From Phoronis australis (lineage: Eukaryota > Animalia > Phoronida), in NCBI GenBank assembly GCA_002633005.1, contig NMRA01000121.1, forward strand, positions 810,189 to 874,188: a stretch of 64,000 bases of DNA, given 5' to 3'. How positions within the stretch are numbered: the first letter of the stretch is position 1; every line of letters starts with the position of its first letter. The notes beneath the pieces are model-generated. The model had not been told where the DNA came from and searched no databases. It was given only the letters and a program-made list of their open reading frames with translations. Of this stretch, positions 25,301-39,257 are shown in pieces. Made by a program: the position numbers and the translations under genes.

Positions 25301-28300
25301 CAATGTTATTCAAAATCTTTTCATGACCGAGTGTTCTAAACTCAATCCATGTGACTACCATAAGTTTACAGGTAGCATGAAGAAAGGTAGTGTCCGAAAC
25401 GATCGCAGCAGGTGCGGTGCCTAGAACCTTTGCGGAAGACACTTCAAGGTATTTATTCATATTACTCCTTAATAAGCAGGATTTTCATCGCGTACAAGTA
25501 ACACAATTTTGATATAAAACATAAAACGTTTTCCTTTCGCGCCGTCAATTCTAACAGTGCATCATAGAATAGTGAAGTTTATTAAATCTGTTAAAGACTG
25601 TCGCCAGCAGTTCTGTAGTTCGGAAATTATCCTTAATCGTTCGTATACGATCTCACTGCTGAAAAATCTCAGAAAACGAAAGTTTGTCATATTTACACTG
25701 ATTACTTGAAAATTCAATCTCCGTAGTTGCAATACCGCAGTTTGTCCGACCAGTGGGATTATTCCACAACACTCATGATTTTCTAATTAGCTTATCGCAT
25801 ACTCTCAACAATCCAATTATGTTATGATCGATAGGTAGGCCTGACACCCGCCCGTCGCTTAAGACCCTTTACTTGACGTCATTTGCGTCGGTCTGTAATT
25901 AAAGTTTTGCAAGATATCGCAAAATAAAGATGTAATTAATTCATGATTTCTTTATGGGCTTATCGCTGTTTCGAACGAGTGTATTGACAGGTGGTTGAAA
26001 ACAGATTGTGCTAACGTGAAGAATTCCCAAGACTAAATGTTATCTCGATGACAGGTTAGTCACGCCCGTGGTAACACGTTCAAGAACAGCAGAGGCGTCA
26101 CGAGGCCTGACGAAGATGGCCGTAAAGTTACCGTTGCTACAGCAAGGAGGATACCTGGGGCTTCAACAAATGCATCTGAAGGTAATGATTAGAATAGAAC
26201 TGAGAATTTAATGTCAGACTACACGTGTATGCAGCATGGTGAGCTTACAGCGGTCTGTTGGAGCGAAAGTCAGCGAAATCTATTGGAGAATTCATACCCG
26301 TCGGAGCGTCGCGTTCAACAGAATGCTAAATCCACGTGAAATAAACTTTACTTGTCATAAAAAAGAACGTGTCACAAGTCAATTGCTATTTTCGTTTTTC
26401 TTAAGAGGACAGACGGTTTCGCTGATCCGCGCTTTTAAAGTAGAATCGAACGGAATTCATATGGTTACACAAAGACGTATTAAGAAATCGGCAGCAGAGA
26501 ATTATGAAATGAAGTATGAAAGATTGCATTCAATCTGAACTCTTTGGTCGTATTCACAGATGCCTGGCTGGTAGTTATAATTGTTTATTTCAAAAACATG
26601 CAAGTGAAAAAGCAGAGTTAATTTGTTTTTATGAGTTGACGGAATTGGCATTTCAACGCTCTTTGTGCCTCAGCTATACAAGTTAGTAATCAATGATAAA
26701 AATTGTACCTCAACTGATCGCAAATTGCAGTATTACAATCCAAGTGATTATGATTAACCGATTTTATGGTACTATTACATGAATACATATTAATCTGCCT
26801 GTTGTAATTGACATTAAAGACGTTTAATTTATCAAATCAATAACATCGTTAGTCTAACTCAACTTGTACAGGGTTTAACCATAAGAAGTACGCTTAGTAA
26901 CGAAAGACGATCAGGACAGATCGATAAATGCCAAATGAATAAAAAACACTTTGAAGATACTCTTTACCTTTCACTTTACTTCGAAACTGCAAAAAGCGAA
27001 CAACTTTAACACGAACTGTGTTATAAAAAAAATAATCCCAGTATGTGCCCCAGATTGTCACATTATACATATTCCAGTATGTGCCCCAGATATTGTCACA
27101 TTAAATGTAGTTTCAACAAAAAATCTGAATATAATGCTTCAATCTCTGATGGTGTGCTACTATATGGCAGGTAGTTACGAATTTCACTTTTCATGAGCTT
27201 GGATTGTAAAAAAACAAATACGCGCAGGGCTGCAATATTTACGAAATGGAATTATTGACTTTCACCGAGGTCAATATGTTGGTTTTCTCACCCCAAAAAT
27301 GAGATAATAGCCGAGCCTTATTGCACCCACTATGTAAATTCATGGAAGGGGCTTGTTTGGGCTTTTGATTGGGTATGCCGATCATTCGTCCGGTTAGTTA
27401 GCTACCATTTTTTGCCCCAAACGTTAAAGAGATGTTTTGCAAAAAAACTTCAAGAAGGTATTTGGAATAAACAAAGGAGCAATCGATTATATTTTTGGGA
27501 AATATGTTATATTTTGATGTCAGTCATGCAATGGTCTTTTTTAATGCAAAACTATCGGCAAATGTCATTTGGTTGGTTATACCAATGCAATCGCAAGCCG
27601 GGTTTCCGAGGCGACGCTGAGTCCGCGCAAATGACGTGTATATAGTAAGAGAATAGTTTAACCTTTGAAAGCACGCTTTTTGTGTAGTAGCGTGATGGTG
27701 GGACCTGCAATGCCTTGATACTGGTTTGTATTAACCTGGCAGTTTACATTTTTCGGTTATGTACGAATGTGACGTCAGAATTCGGATAACCTAAAATATT
27801 TTCGAGTTAGTGGCGCAGTGGAAAATAATGGCTTGCGAACGAGAAGATCCAGAGATCGAATCACGATGAAATTTGCATTACTTTACGGAATGTTTTTAAA
27901 ATCGTGTTACCACCGTGACAACAACTGTCAATATGAACGGTCAATATAGAGAACTATTGACTCCGAAAATACCAGTTTAAAATTTTATAGTCTGTCTAAA
28001 TCGCATAATAATTTATGATAGCATCACGTCGGTGAAACTCCTTCTGTGTTCGCTAAAAAGTGTTGACGTATCTTTGCTGGATTTCTAGATCACAATAAAA
28101 TTTGCACTTCAAATTAATAACAGCAACTCCTGACTTCATGCTATTAACCTTAAAACTGGCGGCCAAGTTATTTCTTTTGTGAATATTGTAATTCTAGAAG
28201 ATTGCAATTAGAGCCCGAGATTTGATCTGTATACTAGAAACTTGTCTCAAAATTGACAAATTACACGGCAAGCTTTGAGTCAGTAGACTTAAAGTATTGT

Positions 28301-29042
28301 ACTAAGATAATGCGGCTTGACTGGTTAAATTTCGAATCTTTGGGTGTGAGTCCAGACTGATTTCGGAGACCCTGGGTCCAGGTGTGTGTGCATCACGGAA
28401 GGTTTCACGATATCTTCACGGTTGTAGCCGTGAAGGGCGAGAGTCGCAACAGCACCGTTCCGTAGCCGCAAAAGACTAGCAAGGCACTTGCGGTGAGTTC
28501 TTTTGTCTTATGGAACGGTAATGGCCTTTTTGCGATTCATCTCCCCCAATTGAGTCGACTATGATCACGCTGTGTGTGTTGCGACGGGCTTAGATCATCA
28601 GCAGAACTTTTTCGCCCATGCGTAAATATTCACTAAAACGCCGTATGCACCCTAGAGATAATTTTGTGTCGTGTTTGATGATGAAAGAGAAATACGATAT
28701 TTGAACTCAATACTCTATACATTTCCAAGCGAAGAAGCGTCGCCTACAACTTTTGCTGCCTCGAAACTGCTCATGTTGTATCCTGTCGTTGTCTTAGTGC
28801 TATCTCGCAAACGACAAGTACGGATTGTTAATAAAGACAGGTGGATTACTGGAAGACCACAGTTAATATAGGCTTTAAATTGTAAAATAGAGGATGCCCT
28901 TCTGTCTTTGTTTTTCTGAGAATCGCCCGAAATAGTTACAAACGGACGTGACAATCCACCAGTCTGAAAACCATTGGAGCCAGGTTATGCGATGGAAATT
29001 AAAGCTTTTAAATGTAGACCGTGCTTAATAACCGCATTGTAG

Positions 29043-29277
29043 CATGCGCGTACTCCCCCCCCAATTGGCAAAGTGGGTAAAAAGGTCCGCCCCTGAGAGA
29101 CAAAAAGTCAGAGAAAATGGGACAAAAGCCCACTAAATAAGGGAAAACGCGAAACGCGCAATTCATAGAGTTGCTCCCGTTTTTTTTTTTTTTAGTCCGC
29201 CAGCCCTTTTGTTAGCAAATGGTCCACAACGTCGGGAATTCGAGCCCTCCCCATATCGAACGCTGGGTGCGCGCATG
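29043..29277. mobile_element. MITE with CATGCGCG termini and 5-bp duplication TGTAG; partial copy at about 50085-50179
   Basis: tgtag|CATGCGCGTAC ... GTGCGCGCATG|tgtag. Confidence 0.75.
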
Positions 29278-32200
29278 TGTAGGTAAACTTTCCGGAGATG
29301 TAAACTTGAAGGCAACTGTTCGCCTGTTCACAAAGTGCGTAAGTGATATCAGCAGCTAAAGCCAATAACTTGCCGTCGTTCTACGCAAGACTTCCCAATC
29401 GCTTAGCAATGGAAGTGGCATATCAGTTATCGCGCCCGATACGCTGTTCATTGTTTTTACTTAAACAGAAATGGTTCCCATATAAAGAACCTTGGTTCCT
29501 TTATTTGGTGTGTGGTTACAGATGCTGATTATATCATTACTGGTGTAAACACGAGGCCTTGACGCGTTTATGACGCGATGGACTGGGGAAATTCAGCGTT
29601 CCACTATATAAAAAGAGAAAAACCATAGGGAATTGAAAACGTGATTTGTATGGCTATTCACTTCTTAGGGATGGTGAGGATATTCATTGAAACCATCGTA
29701 TACAAAAGCCATGAAAGTTTCAGCCGCAAGCAGCGTCATTTCAATAAAAGACTCTTTCAGAGCACGAATGGCAAAAGAATACTTTTGGAACTGGGATCTC
29801 AGAAATATGGCATTTTTGGCAACGCGATGCCGCATTGACATCCTTTCAAAAATTTAAATCGAGTTCCATGTGCCAGGTGAATATTTAGAAATGTGTTAAT
29901 TTACATTTACGCGGCCTCTGAAGGTAATGTAAATGTACACCCAAATGTAGGGATCATTTGCGTTTACATGACGAAAATACATACCATAAGTAAATATGCG
30001 ATGTATTCGGTGTAATACGCATGATAATCGGAACAGCTCTTCTGAATATTAACTATAACATTTTATTACTTCTATTGAAAATAAAAGGTGCCACTTTTTT
30101 CAAATTCTTCAGCATCACCATGCTATCATTTCCTGTTTAGGAATTTTTGCCCGCTTTGAAAAAAAATAGCCACGTTGATCGAACATGACTATTTTGATAG
30201 CCTGAGAAGGCTAACTAGAATATACACAGTAGCTATGTCATGTCGGTTCATTTTTGCGGCGACTCCCAATATTCACGCATCACCAGCACGCAATTGGCCA
30301 AATTCAGACTATATCTAATTATAAGCGAACGCCATGATTTAGATAAACAATTCATATCTCCAGAGGTCTATACGCAACGTGTCTTTACTATAATTGTGAA
30401 TGTCGGTTGAAACATGTGAAACTCAGCTCTGTCGGTCTATGTCAGTAGTAGACGATTGTATGGTATTATCTCGACAACGGCCCAAACTCCACTGGACAGC
30501 AAACCCTGTGGTAAAGAACCAAAACATCAAGTGAACGGGTCAACTGATTGAATGGCAACAGACGGATCATTTTCACCAAACAGACAAGGGACTTTGTGAC
30601 AGACATGGTACTTATGCAAACCCAGCGATCAATTTCTTCCAAACAAGCAAGTCGGTATTTTGTTCAAAGTGGTACATCCAACAAATTCATGACAAGCTTG
30701 ACATTCACTTTTTGACGATTTGAAATTTGTTTTTGTGCAAGGGTTTTTCTTTGATTGAAAATATTAGACGGTCTCGCTCATAATTTTTGTAACAGAGTTA
30801 GAACCTTACGTTCAAAAATTAAATTGGTTCACCCTGAAATAGCCGTAAGATTAAAATGCGAAATAAAAACATGTTAAATTGAACAAGCAGCCAGCGTGAA
30901 CCCGTGTCTATTATTTACTTTTAAATAAAGCCGATCGAGGTGATGTTCTATCGTAACAGATCCACAAAAAAACTTATTTGCTAAAAGCTTTAGGCTGGAT
31001 ATTTCATGCCAATTTGTAGTCAAGGCCGCCTAGTATAAATAGATGATATGAGTTGGGACTACAAGACCTCAGCTGTTGTACACGATGCGTCATTGTATGC
31101 TGTTTGTTATTCGTTCGAAAGATTCAATCCGATTTTCCGTTTTGTACTGACAGGTGAATCGCAGGTGTCTTCACGCGTTTGGTAAGGAATTTTCTGGGGC
31201 CGTGAGGCCAAGGTAAATATGTTGCCTTCGTGAGTTGGCCGGTGTGATAGGAATTTCTCGCACTAAAGTTCGGTACTATTGATACGACGTTCCTGTACCG
31301 TTCGAATCAACCACATAAGTTGCGTTCCTTATATTACCTTACGGGAACTATAATAATAGATTTTGACGTCAAGATAAAAATACTTCAGACAGATCTGAGG
31401 GAATTTTAGACAGAATTTCTAGGTCAATTTGTAGTATTTTCAGAAAGAAATCTTTCTTTAGCTTGCAACAGAATAATCAGCTAGTAAAACTATGTGCTAC
31501 GGAAACGGCAATAATGTATCGTTCGGGAACCAAGTACTACAGGCTGGTGCATTTAACCATACGGGTGACAATAATGGTCTCGGTAGTTGATTTTAAGCTT
31601 TGAAATAGGGCTATAACAATGTAACTACAGGAAAATTTTGACCCTATAATAGATTGGGCTTTGCATGAATTCCAAAAAAAATATTCATCAAATATTGATG
31701 AGAAGTATATAATTGAGACACGGGGCGCGTGCTCGTCCTGTCTATGGTTAACAAATAAGTTGATTTCTTCTGGAAAAACAAAATTTTTATCAAAACACAG
31801 TCTTTTGTCAATTCACTTTTTCTTAGCAAACAGCTAACCCGACGGTCAGTGTGTTCGGGCGAATACTCAACCCCGTCAGCTCAAATTCAATCTACAGAAC
31901 ACGAATCAAATGTATTGTTTAAATATGTACATGTATATGCATCAATGATACACTTGATCGACTTGTTTCAATCACACTTTTGAATCGTTTGTTTATTGAC
32001 GCTCGGGCGACTGAAACTCCGAATCAGGGTTGCCATGCGCGTTACAATACGGCAAATATTGACTCAATGTTTACCAATCAGAAAACGTGGCGCAATGTGT
32101 TTACTAGAATAAACTAACAGCTGTATACCCACAAAAGATTAAATCGGTGCTAGACAAGAGTATGAAAAGCCCCTTTACATTCGCTTTGTACGCGACCACT

Positions 32201-32481
32201 ATGGCTACGCCAGCGAATGAGTTGCTCGGTCGCTTCGTTTTTTAGCTATGCTCGCCTGTAAAGTGACACTGTGCGAATTTACGGATTATCGGTCTAAATA
32301 GGATGGACTATGGATACACGTAGCGAAAGACATGTCGTTTACACTGTGGACCCGGAACTGGAATAGATAAAACATTGTTTGTGAAATGTATCGAGCTTGT
32401 CAGCGTTGCTCAGGTGTTATCGTCATGTTAATATGATTTCACATCTCGATATGGTTCGTCTCGTTTAATTATTTTACAAAC

Positions 32482-33356
32482 ATGAGACGAGTAAAAAGTG
32501 CGTTCGCTGACTCCCGCACTTTGTATTTACAGACTCCTGGGTCCAATTGTCCACTAGATCGGCTTACGATGGATATCAACCGGAGACAGTCTATAAGCAG
32601 AACTCAGACCCACAGGGAACAGCAAGGACAAGAACGAGAACAGTTAGCTAAGGCGGGGTTGGTAAGCTCGTCTCTGGCTAGACATGGAAAGAGATTATTT
32701 GAAGATGCTGTCTGTAGGGTCGGTCGTGGTGACCCGTCGACACCGACTCGCCAGCGAAGCCGATCCTGGCAGTGTGGAGGACCACTAAGGTGTTACTCGG
32801 GTCCTACCTACTCGGGTAGTCCTTTGCATAACAAACGTGCCAAATTGATGAATGAAATCCGAACTCGGGCGAAGACGGCCAGTTACGGCGAGTCTTTCAA
32901 CCATGAGCGGTCGATGAGACTGCCAAATATCGAAGAGACCATCAATAAATACGGAAATGAATTTAAAGTGGTGACCAAGTCCTGGAATGGCAACAGCATG
33001 AACACACAGAACATGATTTTGGTGAGAATCAGTGTAGATAATGAAATGCTTGCGCGAGACGATTCCTGTCAACGCGAGCAAACGGCAAGAATGCTGGGAA
33101 GCGAGGACGGCACGTGCAGCAGAAAGAGTGACGTCATTAGCATGGACGACGCTGCTTCAGTAGAGGTTAAAGACACGGACAATGCTAATCAGGGCATTTT
33201 AAAAGGTCCTGCGGATATAGTCATGGACCAGGAACAGAATGAAGACGCGGAGGTAATAGAACAGGAAGTGAAAACTACAACCAGCCCCCAATTGTTACCG
33301 CCAAGTCAAAATTCGCGACCAAAGACAGCACCGAGGGAGCCAGTATCCTCGAACAG
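32482..33356 (+). CDS. Uncharacterised protein, coding exon 1 (mostly low-complexity or disordered)
   Basis: 292-codon ORF with ATG in AAACATGA context, ending at donor AACAG|gtaatt (phase 2), in frame with the exon at 38819. Confidence 0.8.
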
Positions 33357-34895
33357 GTAATTTTAAATCTTAAATTTTAAATATTTCTAAAAGATTAGTG
33401 AAACCAAATGTATAACACGAAAACGTGTCTCAAAACCGGATTAAAATTAATCCCCTTTAATTCAAAATGTTGATCTATACAAATGTTAGAGAGTGCTTTA
33501 AAATACTTCAACTTGTGTTTGTGAAGCTTCATTTCAAATCAATAAAAGTACCCGGGACATAAAGCAACGGCCATACTATCATAAGCTCTTCCTTTGCCTA
33601 AGCTGTCTGATTAAATTTATCGATGACCATTTTTAAACAATCTTGTTAAAATAGATTCAATTTTATCGTATGAAGCTCTGTGCTCCTGGATGGATATCAA
33701 TGTCATGATATGAAAGGCTTCGTCGTATAACAAAACCTGACCTTCCACAACTGCTTGGTGAAGAATACGTCACGCAATCCTAATGCTCGTTCAGTCAGTC
33801 GTTGCTATTACAATAGACCTTGGGCGAAATCTATCCCTGGTCTCCCAACTGCAACTTAGTTTTGATATATTTAATAACATTCTTTAATTTAGTATTAACA
33901 AAAGATATGTTTTTGATTTTGTGCACCAGTAGGTTTTTGGCTGATGAGAACATAATCCAATATTGAAGCTATGTTTTCGAGCTTGAACTCGAAATCTCGA
34001 CTTAATAGCTTGAATCTTGGAGACACCAAATTCAAACTCGAGTTATGTATACAACTGCCTAAATCATGCGGTGCATATCAATTCAATGAAAAATCTTACC
34101 GGGCACACGGAAGCTGTGCGAATGTATAAAACTGTATGCAAGCCAGCATAAACATACAAAGCATAATTGCGGGTAAAAAAATTGGCCAGGTCAGAACTTT
34201 AAAATCCACAATACAACACAGCGTAGGTCAATAGGTAACTAAGAAGTCTCGTTTCTTCTCACGACGCGAAATGGGAATTAATTAAAGTTGTATTTAATCC
34301 GATATTTTAAAACACCACTTGACCACTTAAACTACGTATCCCGTTGGTATTTTGATGTTCAGCTAACCAGAAAAAATCAAAGATATGCCACTTTTATCAA
34401 CAAAATCAGTCACAAATTCTTGCAGATTCGTTGGTTTAGTAAGCATATTTCACATTTCTTTATCAAACAGAGTGGAACGGAAGTACAGTTGTGACTGTTT
34501 GAATTCGAATATAGTTTTATCAGCTGTTGAAAACTTGGAAATTTTTGACGAAGCTCGATAAGTTAACAAGCGTGCCCAGGGTATTCGTCCTTTTAGAGAG
34601 TAAGTGCGATTCAAAGGTACATTTTTGTGAACTTCTATGGAAACGCAGCTTTTGTAGAGGGTTTTCAAGGGATGTTATTGGTTTTACGGCCGAAAATGCA
34701 TTTTTGGAGCTATTGTTGGGTGGAATAAATAGACTTCTTGAAGTTATTAGCTTTGACTATACAAAACAAAGAAATCCGTTATTTTGTGTCACTTAATCAC
34801 AAATCGCCAATTTTCACCGCTGCCCACTTGCCAGTCGCTGCAATCGAGGCTGGTGACTACACGAGTCGGTAAAAACACTCTTCCGTTTACCGAGT

Positions 34896-34965
34896 GGAGT
34901 TTATAGCTCGACCAGCTGAGCGTTATGCGCCGACCGCGGGTTTTGTAGGTTCGATTCCACGTTGA
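34896..34965 (+). mobile_element. tRNA-derived SINE-like head (duplicate at about 37222-37290)
   Basis: A-box-like TAGCTCGACCAG and B-box GGTTCGATTCC at tRNA-like spacing; no intact cloverleaf. Confidence 0.5.
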
Positions 34966-35091
34966 GAATGACCGCAGAAAATCACATTTCTCGCCGATAA
35001 TGTCCTATAAATGTTCTTCTTAAATCAAAAGTGAATGATAAAGATTGTGCAGCAACGCAAAAATCAAATCCCATAACCCTGGTAAATTCGA

Positions 35092-35458
35092 AACCCTTGT
35101 GTTACAAACATAAACCCTTCTGTAGTGCATGCATCGCTACAAACATAAACCCTTCTGTAGTGCATCGTTACTAACATAAACCCTTCTGTAGTGCACCGTT
35201 ACAAACATAAACCCTTCTGTAGTGCACCGTTGCAAACATAGACCCTTCTGTAGCGCATCGTTACAAACATAAACCGTTCTGTAGTGCCTCGTTACAAACA
35301 TAAACCCTTCTGTAGTGCATCGTTACAAACGTAAACCCTTGTGTAGTGCATCGTTACAAACATAAGCCCTTCTGTAGTGCATCGTTACAAACATAAGCCC
35401 TCCTGTAGTGCATCGTTGCAAACATAAACCCTTTTGTAGTGCATCGTTACAAACATAA
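35092..35458. repeat. 31-bp minisatellite (GTAGTGCATCGTTACAAACATAAACCCTTCT), about 11-12 copies
   Basis: 31-nt period (35156, 35187...); no unique spacers. Confidence 0.95.
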
Positions 35459-37420
35459 NCTTCAGTAGAGGTTAAAGACACGGACAATGCTAATCAGGGT
35501 ATTTTAAAAGGTCCTGCAGATATAGTCATGGACCAGGAACAGAATGAAGACGCGGAGGTAATAGAACAGGAAGTGAAAACTACAACCAGCCCCCAATTGT
35601 TACCGCCAAGCCAAAATTCGCGACCAAAGACAGCACCGAGGGAGCCAGTATCATCGAACAGGTAATTTTAAATCTTTAATTTTAATTATTTCTAAAAGAT
35701 TAGTGAAACCACTGTTAGTTGATCAATTCAAATGTATAACACGAAAACGTGTCTCAAAACCGGATTAAAATTAATCCCCTTTAATTCAAAATGTTGATTT
35801 ATACAAATGTTAGAGAGTGCTTTAAAATACTTCAACTTGTGTTTGTGAAGCTTCATTTCAAATCAATAAAAGTACCCAGGATATAAAGCAACGGCCATAA
35901 TATCATAAGCGCTTCCTTTGCCTAAGCTGTCTGATTAAATTTATCGATGACCATTTTTAAACAATCTTGTTAAAATATATTCAATTTAATCGTATGAAGC
36001 TCTGTGCTCCTGGATGGATATCAATGTCATGATATGAAAGGCTTCGTCGTATAACAAAACCTGACCTTCCACTACTGCTTGGTGAAGAATACGTCACGCA
36101 ATCCTAATGCTCGTTCAGTCAGTCGTTGCTATTACAATAGACCTTGGGCGAAATCTATCCCTGGTCTCCCAACTGCAACTTAGTTTTGATATATTTAATA
36201 ACATTCTTTAATTTAGTATGAACAAAAGACATGTTTTTGATTTTGTGCACCAATAGGTTTTTGGCAGATGAGAACATAATCCAATATTGAAGCTATGTTT
36301 TCGAGCTTGAACTCGAAATCTCGACTTATAGCTTGAATCTTGGAGTCACCAAATTCAAACTCGAGTTATTTGTACAACTGCCTAAATCATGCAGTGCATA
36401 TCAATTCAAAGAAAAATCTTACCGGGCACACGGAAGCTGTGCGAGTGTATAAAACTGTATGCAAGCCAGCATAAACCTAAAAAGCGTAATTGCGGGTAAA
36501 AAATTTGGTCGGGTCAGAACTTTAAAATCCACAATACAACCCAGCGTAGGTCAATAGGCAACTAATTAGTCTTTTTTTCTTCTCACGACGCGAAATGGGA
36601 AATAATTAAAGTTGCATTTAATAGGATATTTTAAAACACTACTTGACCACTTAAACTGCGTATCCCGTTGGTATTTCCATGTTCAGCTAACCAGAAAAAA
36701 TCAAAGATATGCCACTTTTATCAACAAAATCAGTCACAAATTCTTGCTGATTCACTGGCTTAGTAAACATATTTCACATTTTTTTATCAAACACAGAGTG
36801 GAACGGAAGCACAGTTGTAACTGTTTGAATTCGAATATAGTCTTATCAGCTGTTGAAAACTTGGTAATTTTTGACGAAGCTCGATAAGTTAACAAGCGTG
36901 CCCAGGGTATTCGTCCTTTTAGAGAGTAAGTGCGATTCAAATGTACATTTTTGTGAACTTCTATGGGAACGCAGCTTTTGTAGAGGGTTTTCAAGGGACG
37001 TTATTGGTTTTAATGCCGAAAATGCATTTTTGGGGTTATTGTTGGGTGGAATAAATAGACTTCTTGAAGTTATTAGCTTTGACTATACAAAACAAAGAAA
37101 TCCGTTATTTTGTGTCACTTAATCACAAATCGCCAATTTTCACCGCTGCCCACTTGCCAGTCGCTGCAATCGAGGCTGGTGACTTCACGAGTCGCTAAAA
37201 ACACTCTTCCGTTTACCGAGTGGAGTTTATAGCTCCACCAGCTGAGCGTTATGCGCCGACCGCGGGTTTTGTAGGTTCGATTCCACGTTGAGAATGACCG
37301 CAGAAAATCACAGTTCTCGCCGATAATGTCCTATAAATGTTCTTCTTAAATCAAAAGTGAATGATAAAGATTGTGCAGCAACGCAAAAATCAAATCCCAT
37401 AACCCTGGTAAATTCGAAAC

Positions 37421-37710
37421 CCTTGTGTAGTGCACCGTTACAAACATAAACCCTTCTGTAGTGCATGCATCGCTACAAACATAAACCCTTCTGTAGTGCA
37501 TCGTTACTGACATAAACCCTTCTGTAGTGCACCGTTGCAAACATAGACCCTTCTGTAGTGCATCGTTACAAACATAAGCCCTCCTGTAGTGCATCGTTGC
37601 AAACATAAACCCTTCTGTTGTGCATCGTTACAAACATAAACCCTTCTGTAGTGCATCGTTACAAACATAAACCCTTGTGTAGTGCATCGCTAAAGACATA
37701 AACCTTGTGT
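37421..37710. repeat. Same 31-bp minisatellite, about 9 copies
   Basis: Same unit at the end of duplication copy 2. Confidence 0.93.
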
Positions 37711-38818
37711 AGAGCTCAGGCCAAAGGTAGGGAATTTAATCGGAATATTCACTGTTACGTGGAGAGTGCGAGCGGCACACCACCGTATACCTCACCTATG
37801 TAAGTGACCCAGGCCGCTAACGCTTTGGTCATGATTTTCCCCGTAACGTTTTCGAAAGTGGCCATCTGGGAGGACGTTTTCGGGTGGAATATAATTTTCA
37901 TAAAATTATGTTCTTTATGAAGTTATTCAGTGCAATTTTTCTGTTGAATCAATCTTTTTCGGGTAATCTTTATGTTACTTATGAAGTCGAATTTTTTATT
38001 TTCCACTTGATAAAACGCTTCAAATTAATGTTGCAGTAGCTAGGGATACTGCTTCCAGGCCAAGGTTTGTCGTCTCACGAGGTTGTACGATTCTCTCAGA
38101 GTGAAACCACAAAAGAGTAATCTTATTTACTCGCAACTGACGATGTCAAGTGGTCTCGGACTTATCTGCTTTCACAGCACTATAGCATATTAAGTAGTGA
38201 CTGAGTACACAATTTCACAACTTCACAATAAGGTCAAACCAATAAAGTCAGTGTCAAATTTAAAAGGGAACAAAGGGATTTCAAAGTTGGCGTGTTTGAG
38301 TTCATAAAAGTCACGGTTCCTACACAGACGCATTCTTTTCTATCACTTTCGCCTTCCCTGGGTGGTCGCCACCAAACTTTCGCCTCTCAATTACGCTGCA
38401 AGTTGTTTGTGAGGCTGTACAGGGTCAATAAACCTGTCCCCTTATGCAAATTCATGGATCCGACTTAAAGGTAAATTAGTGAACCCAAAGTCGAAAATTT
38501 GATATGAGCTCCATGTTTGTTCGCGCGTGTAGGGCTAACAACTTCGTTGGTGTCTCAATGAGAAACCCGATTTTCACCAAATGATGCTATTGAATAAAGG
38601 TGCCTCTTTTTGACATCCCAACAGAGAGCAGGAAACAGCTCTCATCTCAGCATTGGGGCATTCAATTGTGCGATAAGGACTCACCGTGATTTACATGAAT
38701 ACTTGTATGCTGGCATTTTTATGGGAAGGTCACTTGTATCATTTGCGGCACCTAGTGAACTTCACGTTCCCCATTTCTGTTATTTCATTAGATGCTGAAC
38801 ATCCATTCTTCGTTGCAG

Positions 38819-39257
38819 ACCAAAAGCAAAAAGAAGCAAACAACCCAAAAGCGCTGAAACGAGACCATCACCGGAGTCATCCGAACCTATATTCAAGTGT
38901 TGGGTTGATGACGTCACTGTATCTAGTGTCTGCCAACAAGAAGAGGTCGAACTTGACGGTGCCAACGTACCCAACGACCTGGCGAACGATGTCGCTAAAA
39001 TCGCCTTAGATAAACATGTAGAGATAAAAATTGACGTTCCCGTGGATCCCCCCAATAATGATCCTGTTACAAATGGCGACAAGGGTAGCATAGAAGAGAC
39101 GACGGTCATCAGTTTGCAAGACTTGCAAGAATGCGAGTGGACATTGCCGGAGTTCGTCTGCCCAAGCTCTGAAGAGAAATCAAAGGAGGTGGCTATCAAG
39201 GAATGGCTACAAAAAACTAGTTTCACGGCAGCAGATAAAACTGTACCGCTGCTATAG
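38819..39257 (+). CDS. Uncharacterised protein, last coding exon
   Basis: ttgcag|A CCA AAA..., open to ...EVAIKEWLQKTSFTAADKTVPLL* (439 nt, phase 2 in); AATAAA at 39309. Confidence 0.8.

Larger units (their letters stand above)
33155..37710 (+). repeat. Tandem duplication of about 2.3 kb (33155-35458 and 35460-37710) joined by a single N
   Basis: Copy 2 restarts mid-exon at CTTCAGTAGAGGTTAAAGAC immediately after n35459; scattered substitutions and a roughly 19-bp indel near 35711. Confidence 0.93.

Noticed and set aside
27800-27870. tRNA gene (also at 3960, 34896, 49252, 53200 and 63365)
   Set aside because: Only A/B-box remnants; acceptor and anticodon stems do not close, so these are SINE-like.
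35092-37710. 31-bp arrays as CRISPR
   Set aside because: Head-to-tail units with no unique spacers, no cas genes, and a eukaryotic context.
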